From Promethearchaeota archaeon (GTDB lineage: Archaea; Asgardarchaeota; Lokiarchaeia; Sigyniarchaeales; SOKP01): a stretch of DNA of 64,000 nt. Below, in pieces: positions 27,358 through 37,266 of the stretch (the stretch's first letter is position 1; every line of letters starts with the position of its first letter). Both the position numbers and the translations under genes were made by a program. The notes beneath the pieces are model-generated. The model ran no database searches and had not been told where the DNA came from. It was given only the letters and a program-made list of their open reading frames with translations. The stretch is from positions 1-64,000 of the forward strand of contig JBHLNS010000009.1 in assembly GCA_048941285.1 (NCBI GenBank), given 5' to 3'.

Positions 27358-28191
27358 TTATAATTCTGATTTTAGTAACTTATTCTCTACAATTTCAATA
27401 ATCATGCTTATAACGATTGTCTCATAATACTTAAATGAAAATGTAGCTTTCTCTATGGCTAAATACTCTAAGTAATTTTGTTTTTGATGAGGAACTCCTT
27501 CTAAGAACTTCTTCAAGTGTTTGTTTTTCGAGACTAATGTTGATTTTCCACTAAAAATTGGAAATATTTGAGCCTTTATGGAATCTTTACTAAAGATTAT
27601 ATCATAATCTGAAAATTTTCTTTTGTTTAGTTTTGGATTAATCATGATAACACCCCCAATATTAGAATCTGATAGAAATTGTTTACAATAAATAACCGAT
27701 CCTGAATAATTTATTAAAACGTATTGAAGTTTTGCCATGGATGTCATTATTTTAAAATCACCCACAATAGTTGTAATTAATGATTTCCACTCCTCAAGTA
27801 ATGTATTTTCAAGCATCTTATTCGCTGTTTTGTGGTTTATTTTAGCTTTAATATTTATAACATTAAAGCCATAAGTACTTAATCCTTCAGTAAAGACTCT
27901 TAAGAGCTTCTTTCTATGATTAGTTCTTAAGATTAGAATCAAGGGTAAAACACTAAAATTATTTTTGAGGTTTGAATTCCTTGTTAAGCACCACTTTTTA
28001 ATAGAAATTATTGATTTTGTCTTTTTTTCTCTTGTTTTTGAAAAGCAAATATGCTCTAAAACTTGATTTGAAAAGGAATAACGCCATCGATGAGTAATTT
28101 TAAACAGTTTTACACTAAACAGTAATAAAAGTAATAAGATAATTATAATAATGTCAACAGAGATCCAATCTATTTGAAAAAAACCTGTCAT
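27358..28191 (-). CDS. Membrane-anchored hypothetical protein, possibly a degenerate alpha/beta-hydrolase fold
   Basis: N-terminal TM helix; LSTYGFNV, LINYS and GVIMINP spacing. Confidence 0.6.
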   Translation of the reverse strand: MTGFFQIDWISVDIIIIILLLLLLFSVKLFKITHRWRYSFSNQVLEHICFSKTREKKTKSIISIKKWCLTRNSNLKNNFSVLPLILILRTNHRKKLLRVFTEGLSTYGFNVINIKAKINHKTANKMLENTLLEEWKSLITTIVGDFKIMTSMAKLQYVLINYSGSVIYCKQFLSDSNIGGVIMINPKLNKRKFSDYDIIFSKDSIKAQIFPIFSGKSTLVSKNKHLKKFLEGVPHQKQNYLEYLAIEKATFSFKYYETIVISMIIEIVENKLLKSEL

Positions 28192-28215
28192 TTTATTAAA
28201 AAATTAAATTTAGAG

Positions 28216-28530
28216 TTATTCTACTACTTCAGCAATCCAGTTTAAATACTTTTCAGAACCTTTTTCTATTTTAAATCCAATACATTCAGGTGTTTCATAA
28301 CTATGGACTTCATTAATTTTATTTATTATAAGCTCACTATTCTTTTCAATCGTTTTGATGAGTAATAAATACTCGTCGTCTTCCTCAATTTCGCCCTTCC
28401 ATCTATAAACGGATGAAATATTATGGATAATATTTACACATGCAGCAAGTTTGCTTTTAACCAAAAGACTTGCGATTTTTTTACTTTCTTCTATATTGGG
28501 TACAGTTACAAGGAAAATATAATAATTCAT
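28216..28530 (-). CDS. cutA: Divalent-cation tolerance protein CutA
   Basis: LAACVNI, SVYRWKGEIE, HSYETPE, YLNW; ATG 28530 preferred over the track start. Confidence 0.93.
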   Translation of the reverse strand: MNYYIFLVTVPNIEESKKIASLLVKSKLAACVNIIHNISSVYRWKGEIEEDDEYLLLIKTIEKNSELIINKINEVHSYETPECIGFKIEKGSEKYLNWIAEVVE

Positions 28531-28944
28531 TTTAGATCTTTTTTTAAAATTTATAATTCTGATTAATGTAACACTTATTATCAAATTTTTTAAGATTTAT
28601 TGGTTTTCCTTTTCAAATATTTAGAATTTTTTTTTGATTATGAATAATAAACAATGAAATAATGGTCTTTTTCATGGTTTTAAATTTGTCATTATATTTT
28701 GATAGAAAAGAATAATTCAAAATGGCATATATTTTCTCTAATATTTTGATGCTTTTGGAAAATTAATTACTTTCTAATATTTTGAAATTTTGGAAAAATA
28801 AGTTTTAAGAAACAATCAAATAAAAGATTTAAATAAAGAATTTTCATGATTAAATGCAATTGAATTTGAAAGTAAAAAATCAATAATATTAATTTAAAAT
28901 TTTTTTAAAATGCATGGTTTATATAGGTTTATTTATTTTCCCTC

Positions 28945-29186
28945 TAATTTCTTTTCCATTTTCGTATTGAGAGATATTAGAACTTCTCCTGGAAGTCTAT
29001 TTTCTAGGAGAAATCTCTCAATATTATTGAATTCAAACATGAAATCACTTCAGAATCAAGAGATTTTGAGTAGAAATGAATTAATTATAAAAACCTAATT
29101 CTTCACTAATATTTTGAAAATTCAAAAAAATCCATTATTTCAGAATATCTTGATATGTGGAGAATCCATACTTTCCAAAGAGATTA
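28945..29186 (+). ncRNA. Candidate structured RNA of unknown class (standalone ncRNA or leader)
   Basis: Nested helices 28965-75/29013-23, 28984-94/29002-12, 29055-69/29140-54 and closing 28945-54/29177-86; G-U wobbles favour the + strand; TTTATATA at 28918-28925. Confidence 0.45.
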
Positions 29187-29327
29187 AGAATAATATTTAA
29201 ATAAAAGATCTTCGTGTTTTAATTAATCTATAATTTATGTATAAAAATAAAGTAAAAACTGAATAGGTTTACTTATAAAAAAACAAATAAATTAACAAAA
29301 AATCAAAAAATATATCGTGTATTTATT

Positions 29328-31085
29328 ATGGAAATGGAGAAAAAAAATTTAGCGATAATCATCTTAGCAGTCGTACTAGCCGCCTCAGGTGTTGGAAACG
29401 TAATCATGGCTGCGATGCTTGGTTTTATTAAAGAACCTCCAACTGTTGAGGTACTTAAAGTGGCAGCAGTATCCAATCCTGTTACTATGGATCCATGCGA
29501 CACCTGGGATAGTGTCTCAAATGACATGCTTCGCCAGGTAGTTGAACCTTTAATTGCATATAATTTGTCAGACCCAGCATTTCCTCTTGTTGGAAGACTT
29601 GCTGAATCTTGGAGTTGGCCTGATGAGACAACAGTCGTATTCCAATTGCGACCAAATGTATTATTCCATGATGGTACTTCTCTTACTGGAGAATGCGTTC
29701 TCCACTCTTTTGAAAGAATAAACTTTTTTGGTAATGCAACTGGTACTTTAACTGCTCCTCATCACATGGCTTTTCCACACTCTCTTTATAAATTTGCTGA
29801 TGCGGGGCCCTACGTAGCACCAATTTTCAATCATACCCTTAGTTTTGTCAATCCATCTGACCCATTAGAAGTTACACTTAAATTAAATGCTCCTTTTGCT
29901 CCTGCTGAAGGATTATTAGCTTACGAAGCAAGTTCAATTGTTCATCCTGATTCTACTCCTGTAAATGAGATGTTAGAACTTGGCACAGATCTAGCCATTG
30001 GAACTGGTCCATATAAATTAGTTAGTTATGTACCTAACTCCGAGATTCGATTTGAGCGATGGGATAGATATTGGAGAGAACCTGGTTATTGGGATGAAAT
30101 TGTTAATGTCTATTATCGAGATGCTGTCACCGCTAATAATGCTATGTTAGCTGGAGATATTGACTACCTAGGTCAAGGTATTGCAGCATTAAAAGAATAT
30201 TTCGAAGCAAGTCCGTATATTACGGTAACTGGAGATGGCGTTAATGATTTCATAAATGGATCTCTTTATTGGTATATTGCATTTAACTCTCCCTATATAA
30301 ATGTTACCTGGAGAAAAGCTATTGCCTCTGCCTTTAACTATACTTATCTCAATCGAGAAATAGATGAAGACACGACAGTGAAAGCAAATTCTATAGTGCC
30401 TCCAGGGTTTCCTGCCCATAATGCTTCAGTTAAAGGTGGTGTTTATAACATACCAAAAGCTAGACAATTAATGCAGAAAATGGGTTATGGAGTAGGATGG
30501 GAGACAGGTTCCCAAGTTGGAAGTTCATTCACTCCTGGAGCAGATGAAGCTCTTTGGAAAGCCGCATCATGGGTACCCGATGTAGGTAACTTTACCAATG
30601 GGTTTAACTTCCGTCATAGACAAGGAAGTCATTTCATGGAACTTCTCATTCAACGATTCGATTATGATATGGACAGAATAGGAATTGAAATTAACATCCA
30701 AGTATTAACTTGGGATGAATTCATAGAAATGGGTGAAAACCATCCTGATAGACTCCATATCTATTATGTCGGATGGGGTCCTGATTATTTTGAAACCTTT
30801 AATATGATTGATCCATTAGTAAATCCAGCATCATCATCTAACTTTGCTCGAATTAATAACCCTCAAATAAATATGTACTTGTCCCTTGCTGCAGCTGAAA
30901 CCGATACTGCTACGAGATACTCATATTATGAGAAACTTCAATATTTAATTATGGACAAATATCAATATCATATGGGCGTAGAATACGACAAACTCTATTT
31001 TGTACATTCCAATACCGTGAAAAACTTCCCATATAACACTATGAGGAACTTATACTGGTATCCGACTTATCGCGAAACTGCTTAA
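29328..31085 (+). CDS. ABC peptide/nickel-type substrate-binding protein (family 5, DppA/OppA-like)
   Basis: N-terminal membrane anchor; TMDP, RLAESW, FQLRPNVLFHDGT, IGTGPYKL, GWGPDY. Confidence 0.92.
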   Translation: MEMEKKNLAIIILAVVLAASGVGNVIMAAMLGFIKEPPTVEVLKVAAVSNPVTMDPCDTWDSVSNDMLRQVVEPLIAYNLSDPAFPLVGRLAESWSWPDETTVVFQLRPNVLFHDGTSLTGECVLHSFERINFFGNATGTLTAPHHMAFPHSLYKFADAGPYVAPIFNHTLSFVNPSDPLEVTLKLNAPFAPAEGLLAYEASSIVHPDSTPVNEMLELGTDLAIGTGPYKLVSYVPNSEIRFERWDRYWREPGYWDEIVNVYYRDAVTANNAMLAGDIDYLGQGIAALKEYFEASPYITVTGDGVNDFINGSLYWYIAFNSPYINVTWRKAIASAFNYTYLNREIDEDTTVKANSIVPPGFPAHNASVKGGVYNIPKARQLMQKMGYGVGWETGSQVGSSFTPGADEALWKAASWVPDVGNFTNGFNFRHRQGSHFMELLIQRFDYDMDRIGIEINIQVLTWDEFIEMGENHPDRLHIYYVGWGPDYFETFNMIDPLVNPASSSNFARINNPQINMYLSLAAAETDTATRYSYYEKLQYLIMDKYQYHMGVEYDKLYFVHSNTVKNFPYNTMRNLYWYPTYRETA

Positions 31086-31120
31086 AAAAATATCAGATAG
31101 TAATATACAAATTAAATTCC

Positions 31121-31142
31121 CTTTTTTTTATCTTTATTTTTT
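31121..31142 (+). terminator. Oligo-T tract after the substrate-binding protein gene
   Basis: T8 and further T runs about 35-55 nt after the stop codon. Confidence 0.4.
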
Positions 31143-31404
31143 AAAAATTAGTTAATGTTAGTAAAACAATATTACTTATATTATATACTGCTTAATAGAT
31201 CTTCGCCTAATAATCTAATATTATAATTTGAGCGATTTAAATGAAAGTTGAAATATAATATTGCAAATTAAATTAAGAGATTATTTATATTTTGATTTCA
31301 AGTAATAACAATAAAAATGATTTACGTGTTGTATAAAGAAATTTAAATTAGTAAAATTCTATTAAATATACAATTAAAATATTATAACTGAGGAATATAA
31401 AAAC

Positions 31405-32130
31405 GTGTTACATAATGTTTACTTGATCCACCAATACACAGGGATTTGTTTAATCCATCGAAAGTATGGGACTATTGAATTTAATCAAGATTTAGTTAGT
31501 GGCTTTCTCACGGCATTAAAGGATTTTAGTGTTGAATTTTCGAAGGGATCTGGAGAATTGAAAGTAATTGATATGCAGGTGTTTTACTTGCTTTTAGTTT
31601 TTAAAGAAGGAGTGTTAATAACTGCTGCTGCTGACAAAAATGACGACGCTAAGATAACCCATAAAGCCTTAACGGATATTATTGATAAGTTTGTGGCTAA
31701 ATATGGTGATCAGCTTGAAAATTGGTCTGGGGACGTCCGTATCTTCCGAGATTTTGACCAAGTTATTGATGGTATTTTAGAAAATGGCAAACTTGCTGAA
31801 ATCGAACTGAAGCTTCCAATTTTGAAGATTTTTAAGAAAGATTTTCAGAAATCTCAAAAGCAGATAGCAAAGAGAGGGTTAGTATTATCAGAGGAAGATC
31901 TACGCAAAGTTCGAGATCAGAAGCCAGAATGGACGGAAAAGAGACTACCTAAGCAAGTTATAACACAAGGATTTCTAGATAAGAAGGAATATAAGATTGC
32001 ACATTTAGCAGATGGATTCCATACCATTTCCGAGATTGCTGAGGAGGGAGGTCGACCAGAATCAGAGATTCAAAAAATAATAAAAAGTTTAGATGATTTA
32101 GGTTTACTTTCATTTATCGATATAAAGTAA
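31405..32130 (+). CDS. Longin-like domain protein with C-terminal winged helix
   Basis: VYLIHQYTGICLIHRKY...QDLVSGFLTALKDF (Asgard longin pattern); C-terminal ADGFHTISEIA...IKSLDDLGLL. Confidence 0.75.
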   Translation: MLHNVYLIHQYTGICLIHRKYGTIEFNQDLVSGFLTALKDFSVEFSKGSGELKVIDMQVFYLLLVFKEGVLITAAADKNDDAKITHKALTDIIDKFVAKYGDQLENWSGDVRIFRDFDQVIDGILENGKLAEIELKLPILKIFKKDFQKSQKQIAKRGLVLSEEDLRKVRDQKPEWTEKRLPKQVITQGFLDKKEYKIAHLADGFHTISEIAEEGGRPESEIQKIIKSLDDLGLLSFIDIK

Positions 32131-32292
32131 AGCTTTTTCTGATTTTATTACATACTATTTTTTGGTAGAGATTGAATTAATTGCGTACAAATCCCAATAA
32201 ATTTTGGGTTCTTTATTGAACATTTTATTTTATGATATTTTATAAGAATAAAGGAAAATATTTTTGAAAATTGATTTACTTATAAAGATAAT

Positions 32293-33765
32293 ATGAATGT
32301 TAATAAAATTGATGACAATATCTACGAGATTCCTCCAAAAACATTAATGACAAGGATTAAAGGAAATATTGAAAAGTTTCAAATGAAGGTTCCCGTCAAA
32401 ATTTATGCTAATGATTATATTTTAGAAAAAATCCGGATAGATCGTACATTGGACCAGATATGTAACGTTGCTTGCTTATCTGGGATACAAAAACATGCTA
32501 TCGCTTTATCAGATGCTCATCAAGGGTATGGTTTTTGTATTGGGGGTGTTGCTGGAACAGATGCAGAGGATGGAATGATTTCTCCCGGTGGTGTAGGCTA
32601 TGATATTAATTGTGGTGTAAGACTGTTAAGATCAAACTTGTCTCTTAATGATATTAACAGTGTTCTTCCTAATCTGTTGGATAAAATCTTTGATAATATT
32701 CCTTCAGGTTTAGGTTCAAAAGGTAAACTTAATATAAACTATTCAGAGTTAGATAAAGTGCTAAATAATGGGGTGAGATGGGCAGTAGACAATGATTATG
32801 GTATTGAAGAGGATCTTAAACATTTGGAAGAAAATGGATGTTTAAAGGATGCGGATGCTAGTCTAGTTTCTCAAAAGGCAAAACAACGCGCAATAAAGCA
32901 ACTAGGTTCTTTAGGAAGTGGAAATCATTTTCTAGAAATACAAAAAGTCGATGAAATTTATAATGAAGGAGTTGCCAAAACTCTCGGAATACATGAAAAG
33001 AATCAAATTACTGTTATGGTTCATACAGGAAGTAGAGCGCTGGGACATCAAGTATGCACAGATTCTTTACGCAACATTGAACAAGCCATGAAAAAATATA
33101 ATGTAAAAGTTCCTGATAGAGAACTAGCATGTGTTCCTGCCAATACTTCTGAAGCACAAAACTATTTAAAACAAATGGCATGTGCAGCTAATTTTGGATT
33201 CACAAACCGTCAATTAATCACGCATTGGTTAAGGGAATCCTTTCAAAACATCTTTAGGAAGGATATAGATGATTTAGATCTACATCTAATTTATGGAGTT
33301 TGCCATAATATTTTAAAAATAGAAGAACATGAAATCAATGGTAAAAGGATGAAATTAAACGTTCATAGAAAAGGTGCTACAAGGGCCTTTCCACCAAATC
33401 ATCCTGCTTTACCGTCTAGATATAAATCTATAGGACAGCCAGTTTTAATACCCGGAACGATGGGTTCTGCATCATATCTCTGTGTTGGTAAAGAAAAAGC
33501 AATGGATCTGTCTTTTGGCTCTACAGCTCATGGTTCTGGAAGATTAATGTCGAGATCTAAAGCAACGAAAAAATATTGGGGTGAGCGAGTTAAAGAGAGT
33601 CTAAGCCAACAAGGCATCCTAGTGAGAGCTGCTTCTATGAAGGTGATCGCTGAAGAGGCCCCTGGTGCATATAAAGACATAGATCAAGTTGTTCAAGTGA
33701 GCCATGATCTTGAAATCGTTGAAAAAGTAGTTAGGCTAGTTCCTATAGGGGTTGTAAAGGGATAA
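32293..33765 (+). CDS. rtcB: RtcB RNA-splicing ligase
   Basis: DAHQGYGFCIG, GVGYDINCGVR, GSGNHFLE, HTGSR, HRKGATRA, IPGTMG, HGSGR, EEAPGAYKD. Confidence 0.97.
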   Translation: MNVNKIDDNIYEIPPKTLMTRIKGNIEKFQMKVPVKIYANDYILEKIRIDRTLDQICNVACLSGIQKHAIALSDAHQGYGFCIGGVAGTDAEDGMISPGGVGYDINCGVRLLRSNLSLNDINSVLPNLLDKIFDNIPSGLGSKGKLNINYSELDKVLNNGVRWAVDNDYGIEEDLKHLEENGCLKDADASLVSQKAKQRAIKQLGSLGSGNHFLEIQKVDEIYNEGVAKTLGIHEKNQITVMVHTGSRALGHQVCTDSLRNIEQAMKKYNVKVPDRELACVPANTSEAQNYLKQMACAANFGFTNRQLITHWLRESFQNIFRKDIDDLDLHLIYGVCHNILKIEEHEINGKRMKLNVHRKGATRAFPPNHPALPSRYKSIGQPVLIPGTMGSASYLCVGKEKAMDLSFGSTAHGSGRLMSRSKATKKYWGERVKESLSQQGILVRAASMKVIAEEAPGAYKDIDQVVQVSHDLEIVEKVVRLVPIGVVKG

Positions 33766-33789
33766 TTTCTTCTAAATATTAGTCTTACT

Positions 33790-34227
33790 TTATATATCAA
33801 ATACAATATTTATCTTAACACTTTTCTTTTTTTCTTCAAGCTTCATAAAAGAATATGTTATAGCTTTAACTTCAGTTCCGAGTTCATGTTTGAGCTTATC
33901 AAACTTGAGTCCTTTAGCAACAGCTTTTAGGAAATATTGCTTTTTGTCTTTTTTTATTGGATGAATTTTTACATCATTAAAAATTAACTGCTCTACATCA
34001 AAAATATAGAGAAATTCAGTTAAAAAGTCAAATAATAACGCTTCTTTATCTTCGGCTTTAATTGTTATGATTCTTTCAATTTCAGGTGATATTGATCTAA
34101 AACTCGGAGTAATTGTTTCCATTAAGCTATAAACGGTTTGTTCAAAAGCATCTTCCAAGGATTTACCTTTAGCTTCAACCGAAACATCAGCAGTATGATC
34201 TAGGAATTTATAGCCTCTTTTTGTCAT
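33790..34227 (-). CDS. Archease (RtcB cofactor)
   Basis: FLDHTADV and EVKAITY; ends VFDI; convergent with rtcB. Confidence 0.95.
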   Translation of the reverse strand: MTKRGYKFLDHTADVSVEAKGKSLEDAFEQTVYSLMETITPSFRSISPEIERIITIKAEDKEALLFDFLTEFLYIFDVEQLIFNDVKIHPIKKDKKQYFLKAVAKGLKFDKLKHELGTEVKAITYSFMKLEEKKKSVKINIVFDI

Positions 34228-34342
34228 ATTTTACAAATAATTGAGTATGTTTTTCTCATTTAAATGTCCTTGATATATAAAAGATTTTTATAATTATATA
34301 AATTTCTTAGTAGTTTAAATTGATAATAGACAATAATAAAGT

Positions 34343-34840
34343 ATGTTTTATACAATTGCGGATGACTTGATTTTATATCAATTAGTATCTTTTAAAAAAA
34401 AATATTCAAATTTTGAACTTAAACTACGGGAGTATTTTTTTGAAAGAACTCATGGAATATATCCTGATTTTGTAATTGTAATAAGGCAATTCATATTCTT
34501 TTTCGTAAAGAAACAACATTATTTTAACTCAAAAGTGTATATAGATTCAATGAGAAGGGAACTAGAGAATAAAAAGATTATAATTATAAGAATTGAAAAA
34601 ACGCTAATTAATATGCTATTTAATTTTTTTCCTGATTTAAATATTGAAAATGTTAAAATAGAGTTTGATAATAAATCGAGTAAAAGAGAAATTTCAATTT
34701 ATTTTCTATTTTTTGAAGAAAGAGGGATTGCCATAGGGCGTAATGGAGAATATATTAGGGTAATAAACGAAATTTTTGAACGCTATGTTATTTTTGAAAA
34801 CGAAAATGCCCCATTAAAAGTTAAATGCAAATTCAGGTAA
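34343..34840 (+). CDS. Divergent archaeal NusA-like KH-domain protein
   Basis: C-terminal KH motif ERGIAIGRNGEYIR; the N-terminal half lacks a clear GxxG. Confidence 0.6.
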   Translation: MFYTIADDLILYQLVSFKKKYSNFELKLREYFFERTHGIYPDFVIVIRQFIFFFVKKQHYFNSKVYIDSMRRELENKKIIIIRIEKTLINMLFNFFPDLNIENVKIEFDNKSSKREISIYFLFFEERGIAIGRNGEYIRVINEIFERYVIFENENAPLKVKCKFR

Positions 34841-34859
34841 TGGTATCTCCAACTTATCC

Positions 34860-35630
34860 CTACCAAGGTACGTCTTTTAAACCAATAGCAAAAGCTACAG
34901 TATTTGCAATAATACTTACAGCGGGAGTTAAAATTATTAAAAAAATTACAATATAATAATCAGGTAAGAAGAAGAGATTTGGTGCTATGAATCCTGGGAT
35001 GGAAACAAATAATAATGCTACTAATGCGAAATCTAACTGGTCCACTATCCAAAAGGGTGCTCCACTTTTAATATCAAATCTTCTTTTCAAAAATGAACCA
35101 AACAAGTCGCCTAAAACTGCGCCGTAGGAAGCTAATACAATGCGTATAATTAAAACTAAGAAATTAATGGGAAATTCTCCACCTATAAAATAATATTTAA
35201 AAACTACTATTTGATTGTAAAGGAGATATTGTCCTTGAATAGTAGCATCAACAATAATTCCATTTATTGGTTCCCATAATCCATTAAAAAGAAGAAAGAT
35301 ACAAAATGATATTGGAATTCCGATGTATAAAGGTCCTTTTAATCCGTTCCATGTTTTATGATCCCCTAATATCCTCCTACCATCTCTAAAGTATTTCCCG
35401 CCATCAATTGGTTTTCCTCCTCCGGTTATAACCATCGAAGCGTTTGAAATGTATGCGGGAACAATTATTAGTAGGCTAAATATTAATAAAGCAACCCAAT
35501 CCGCCCAGCTGAATAAAAATGTAATTATTAGGAAACTAGCTAAAATTAAAACAGCAAAAGTTATTGCTAAGATAACAGCAATCTTTTTGTGGCTTTTTTC
35601 AGCACCAGAACGACTAGTTTCAGAAGGCAA
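34860..35630 (-). CDS. carS: CDP-archaeol synthase
   Basis: PAYISNA, PIDGGK..DGRRILGDHKTW, GDLFGSFLKRR, DQLDF, C-terminal KDVPW. Confidence 0.93.
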   Translation of the reverse strand: MPSETSRSGAEKSHKKIAVILAITFAVLILASFLIITFLFSWADWVALLIFSLLIIVPAYISNASMVITGGGKPIDGGKYFRDGRRILGDHKTWNGLKGPLYIGIPISFCIFLLFNGLWEPINGIIVDATIQGQYLLYNQIVVFKYYFIGGEFPINFLVLIIRIVLASYGAVLGDLFGSFLKRRFDIKSGAPFWIVDQLDFALVALLFVSIPGFIAPNLFFLPDYYIVIFLIILTPAVSIIANTVAFAIGLKDVPW

Positions 35631-35958
35631 AAGTTTATAATTCCTTAATAAGAGTGTTTTTAGATTATTAAAATAAATAGTTAATTAAATTAAACTTTTT
35701 TTAATAGAAAAAGTTTTTAATAAGAACTTAATAAATATTGCTTCATAAATAATATTCTTTTAAAATCCCGACAATAATATTATAAATTATTAAAAAGATT
35801 CATCAAAATAAGCTATTAAAGCTTTAACATTTTTCTGTTAAATTAAAGATTAATAATTAATTTTAAATATGCAATTGAAATTTTTAACATGCAATTAATA
35901 TGTTAAATATTTCGAGTGCAAAAATTTCTATTAAAATCATGGAGTAGCGGAGTTATAA

Positions 35959-37266
35959 TTGTTGAAAAATAATAGTCATCAACACCAATTTAATATAGAT
36001 AAATTTTACAAAAATTATCTTAAAGGTTCTAAAATCTTTAATAAGAGAGATGCTTTAGATTCATCATATATTCCCAACGAGTTACCTCATCGTGATTCTC
36101 AAATAAGAGACATTGCTGAAAAGACTGCATGTGCGTTATTAGGTGATACTCCGCCAAATTTTTTATGTTATGGGATGACAGGTACAGGAAAAACAGCGAC
36201 AATAAGATATGTTAGTCAAAAGTTAGCACAGCAGAACTCAGAAATTAAACCATGGTGGATATATATTAATTGTAACGTCATATCAACACCCTACCGTATT
36301 TTAGCCCATATTTATAATACCATTTCGAGAAAAGAGAAAATTCCTCCTACTGGATTACCGAAAGATATAATTTTTAAAAAACTTCTAGGTTTATTAGATT
36401 TGAAGGTTGGCCATTCAGTATGTTTCTTAGTGTTAGACGAGATAGATATTTTAGTTGATAAAAAAGGCGGAAATGAAATTTTATACGATTTGACAAGATT
36501 AAATGAGAATTTAGATAATTGTAAAACAAGTATGATAGGTATTTCAAATAAATTAAAATTTCGAGAGAACCTCGACCCTAGAATAATATCGAGTTTAGGA
36601 GAAGAACACATCGTATTTCCATCTTATGATGCAAATGAATTGAGAGATATATTGATTGAAAGGGCTAAAATAGCATTTCAAGAGGGGGTTTTGAAAGAGG
36701 AAGTTATTCCATTATGTGCTGCTTTAGCAGCAAAAGAACATGGCGATGCTCGAAAAGCACTCCAATTATTAAGGAAAGCAGGAGAATTGGCTGAAAGAGA
36801 TCAAAATAAAATAGTTTCAAGTAAGCATGTAAAGAAGGCCCAAGAAGATTTAGAAAATGATCACATTATGGAATATATTAAAGGGATGCCACTTCAAGCA
36901 CAATTAATTTTGTCATCAATTTATCTAATTTCAAAATTTAGCCCCGATCATATAATTATTTCAGGAGATATCTATGATGTACACTCAGAGATTAGAGGAT
37001 TGATACCTGGTGTTAGACAATTGACTAAAAGAAGGATAAGTGACTATATTAATGAATTAACATTAGCAGGGATAATTTCTGCAGAGATTAAGTCTATGGG
37101 ACATTATGGGAGAACTAAAATAATTAAACTTGATATAGGGTCTGAATTATTAGAAAACGTATTATTAGAGAATGAAAAGATAAAAGGTATTATGAATCAT
37201 AAACCCGTTTTTTTACGGACAGATAAAGTAAAGTTGAAAAATAATATATTTAAAAAGTTAATTTAA
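35959..37266 (+). CDS. cdc6: Orc1/Cdc6 replication initiator
   Basis: LPHRDSQI, GMTGTGKT, VLDEID, LDPRIISSL, GDARKALQLL, C-terminal wHTH with GRTK. Confidence 0.95.
   Translation: MLKNNSHQHQFNIDKFYKNYLKGSKIFNKRDALDSSYIPNELPHRDSQIRDIAEKTACALLGDTPPNFLCYGMTGTGKTATIRYVSQKLAQQNSEIKPWWIYINCNVISTPYRILAHIYNTISRKEKIPPTGLPKDIIFKKLLGLLDLKVGHSVCFLVLDEIDILVDKKGGNEILYDLTRLNENLDNCKTSMIGISNKLKFRENLDPRIISSLGEEHIVFPSYDANELRDILIERAKIAFQEGVLKEEVIPLCAALAAKEHGDARKALQLLRKAGELAERDQNKIVSSKHVKKAQEDLENDHIMEYIKGMPLQAQLILSSIYLISKFSPDHIIISGDIYDVHSEIRGLIPGVRQLTKRRISDYINELTLAGIISAEIKSMGHYGRTKIIKLDIGSELLENVLLENEKIKGIMNHKPVFLRTDKVKLKNNIFKKLI

Noticed and set aside
28910-29098. 62-aa plus-strand ORF
   Set aside because: No recognisable features; it overlaps the TATA-like box and the predicted RNA stems.
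32330-32395. Short N-terminal insertion in RtcB as a possible intron
   Set aside because: Only a weak TTGAA/TTCAA hairpin, no BHB geometry, and the frame is intact.
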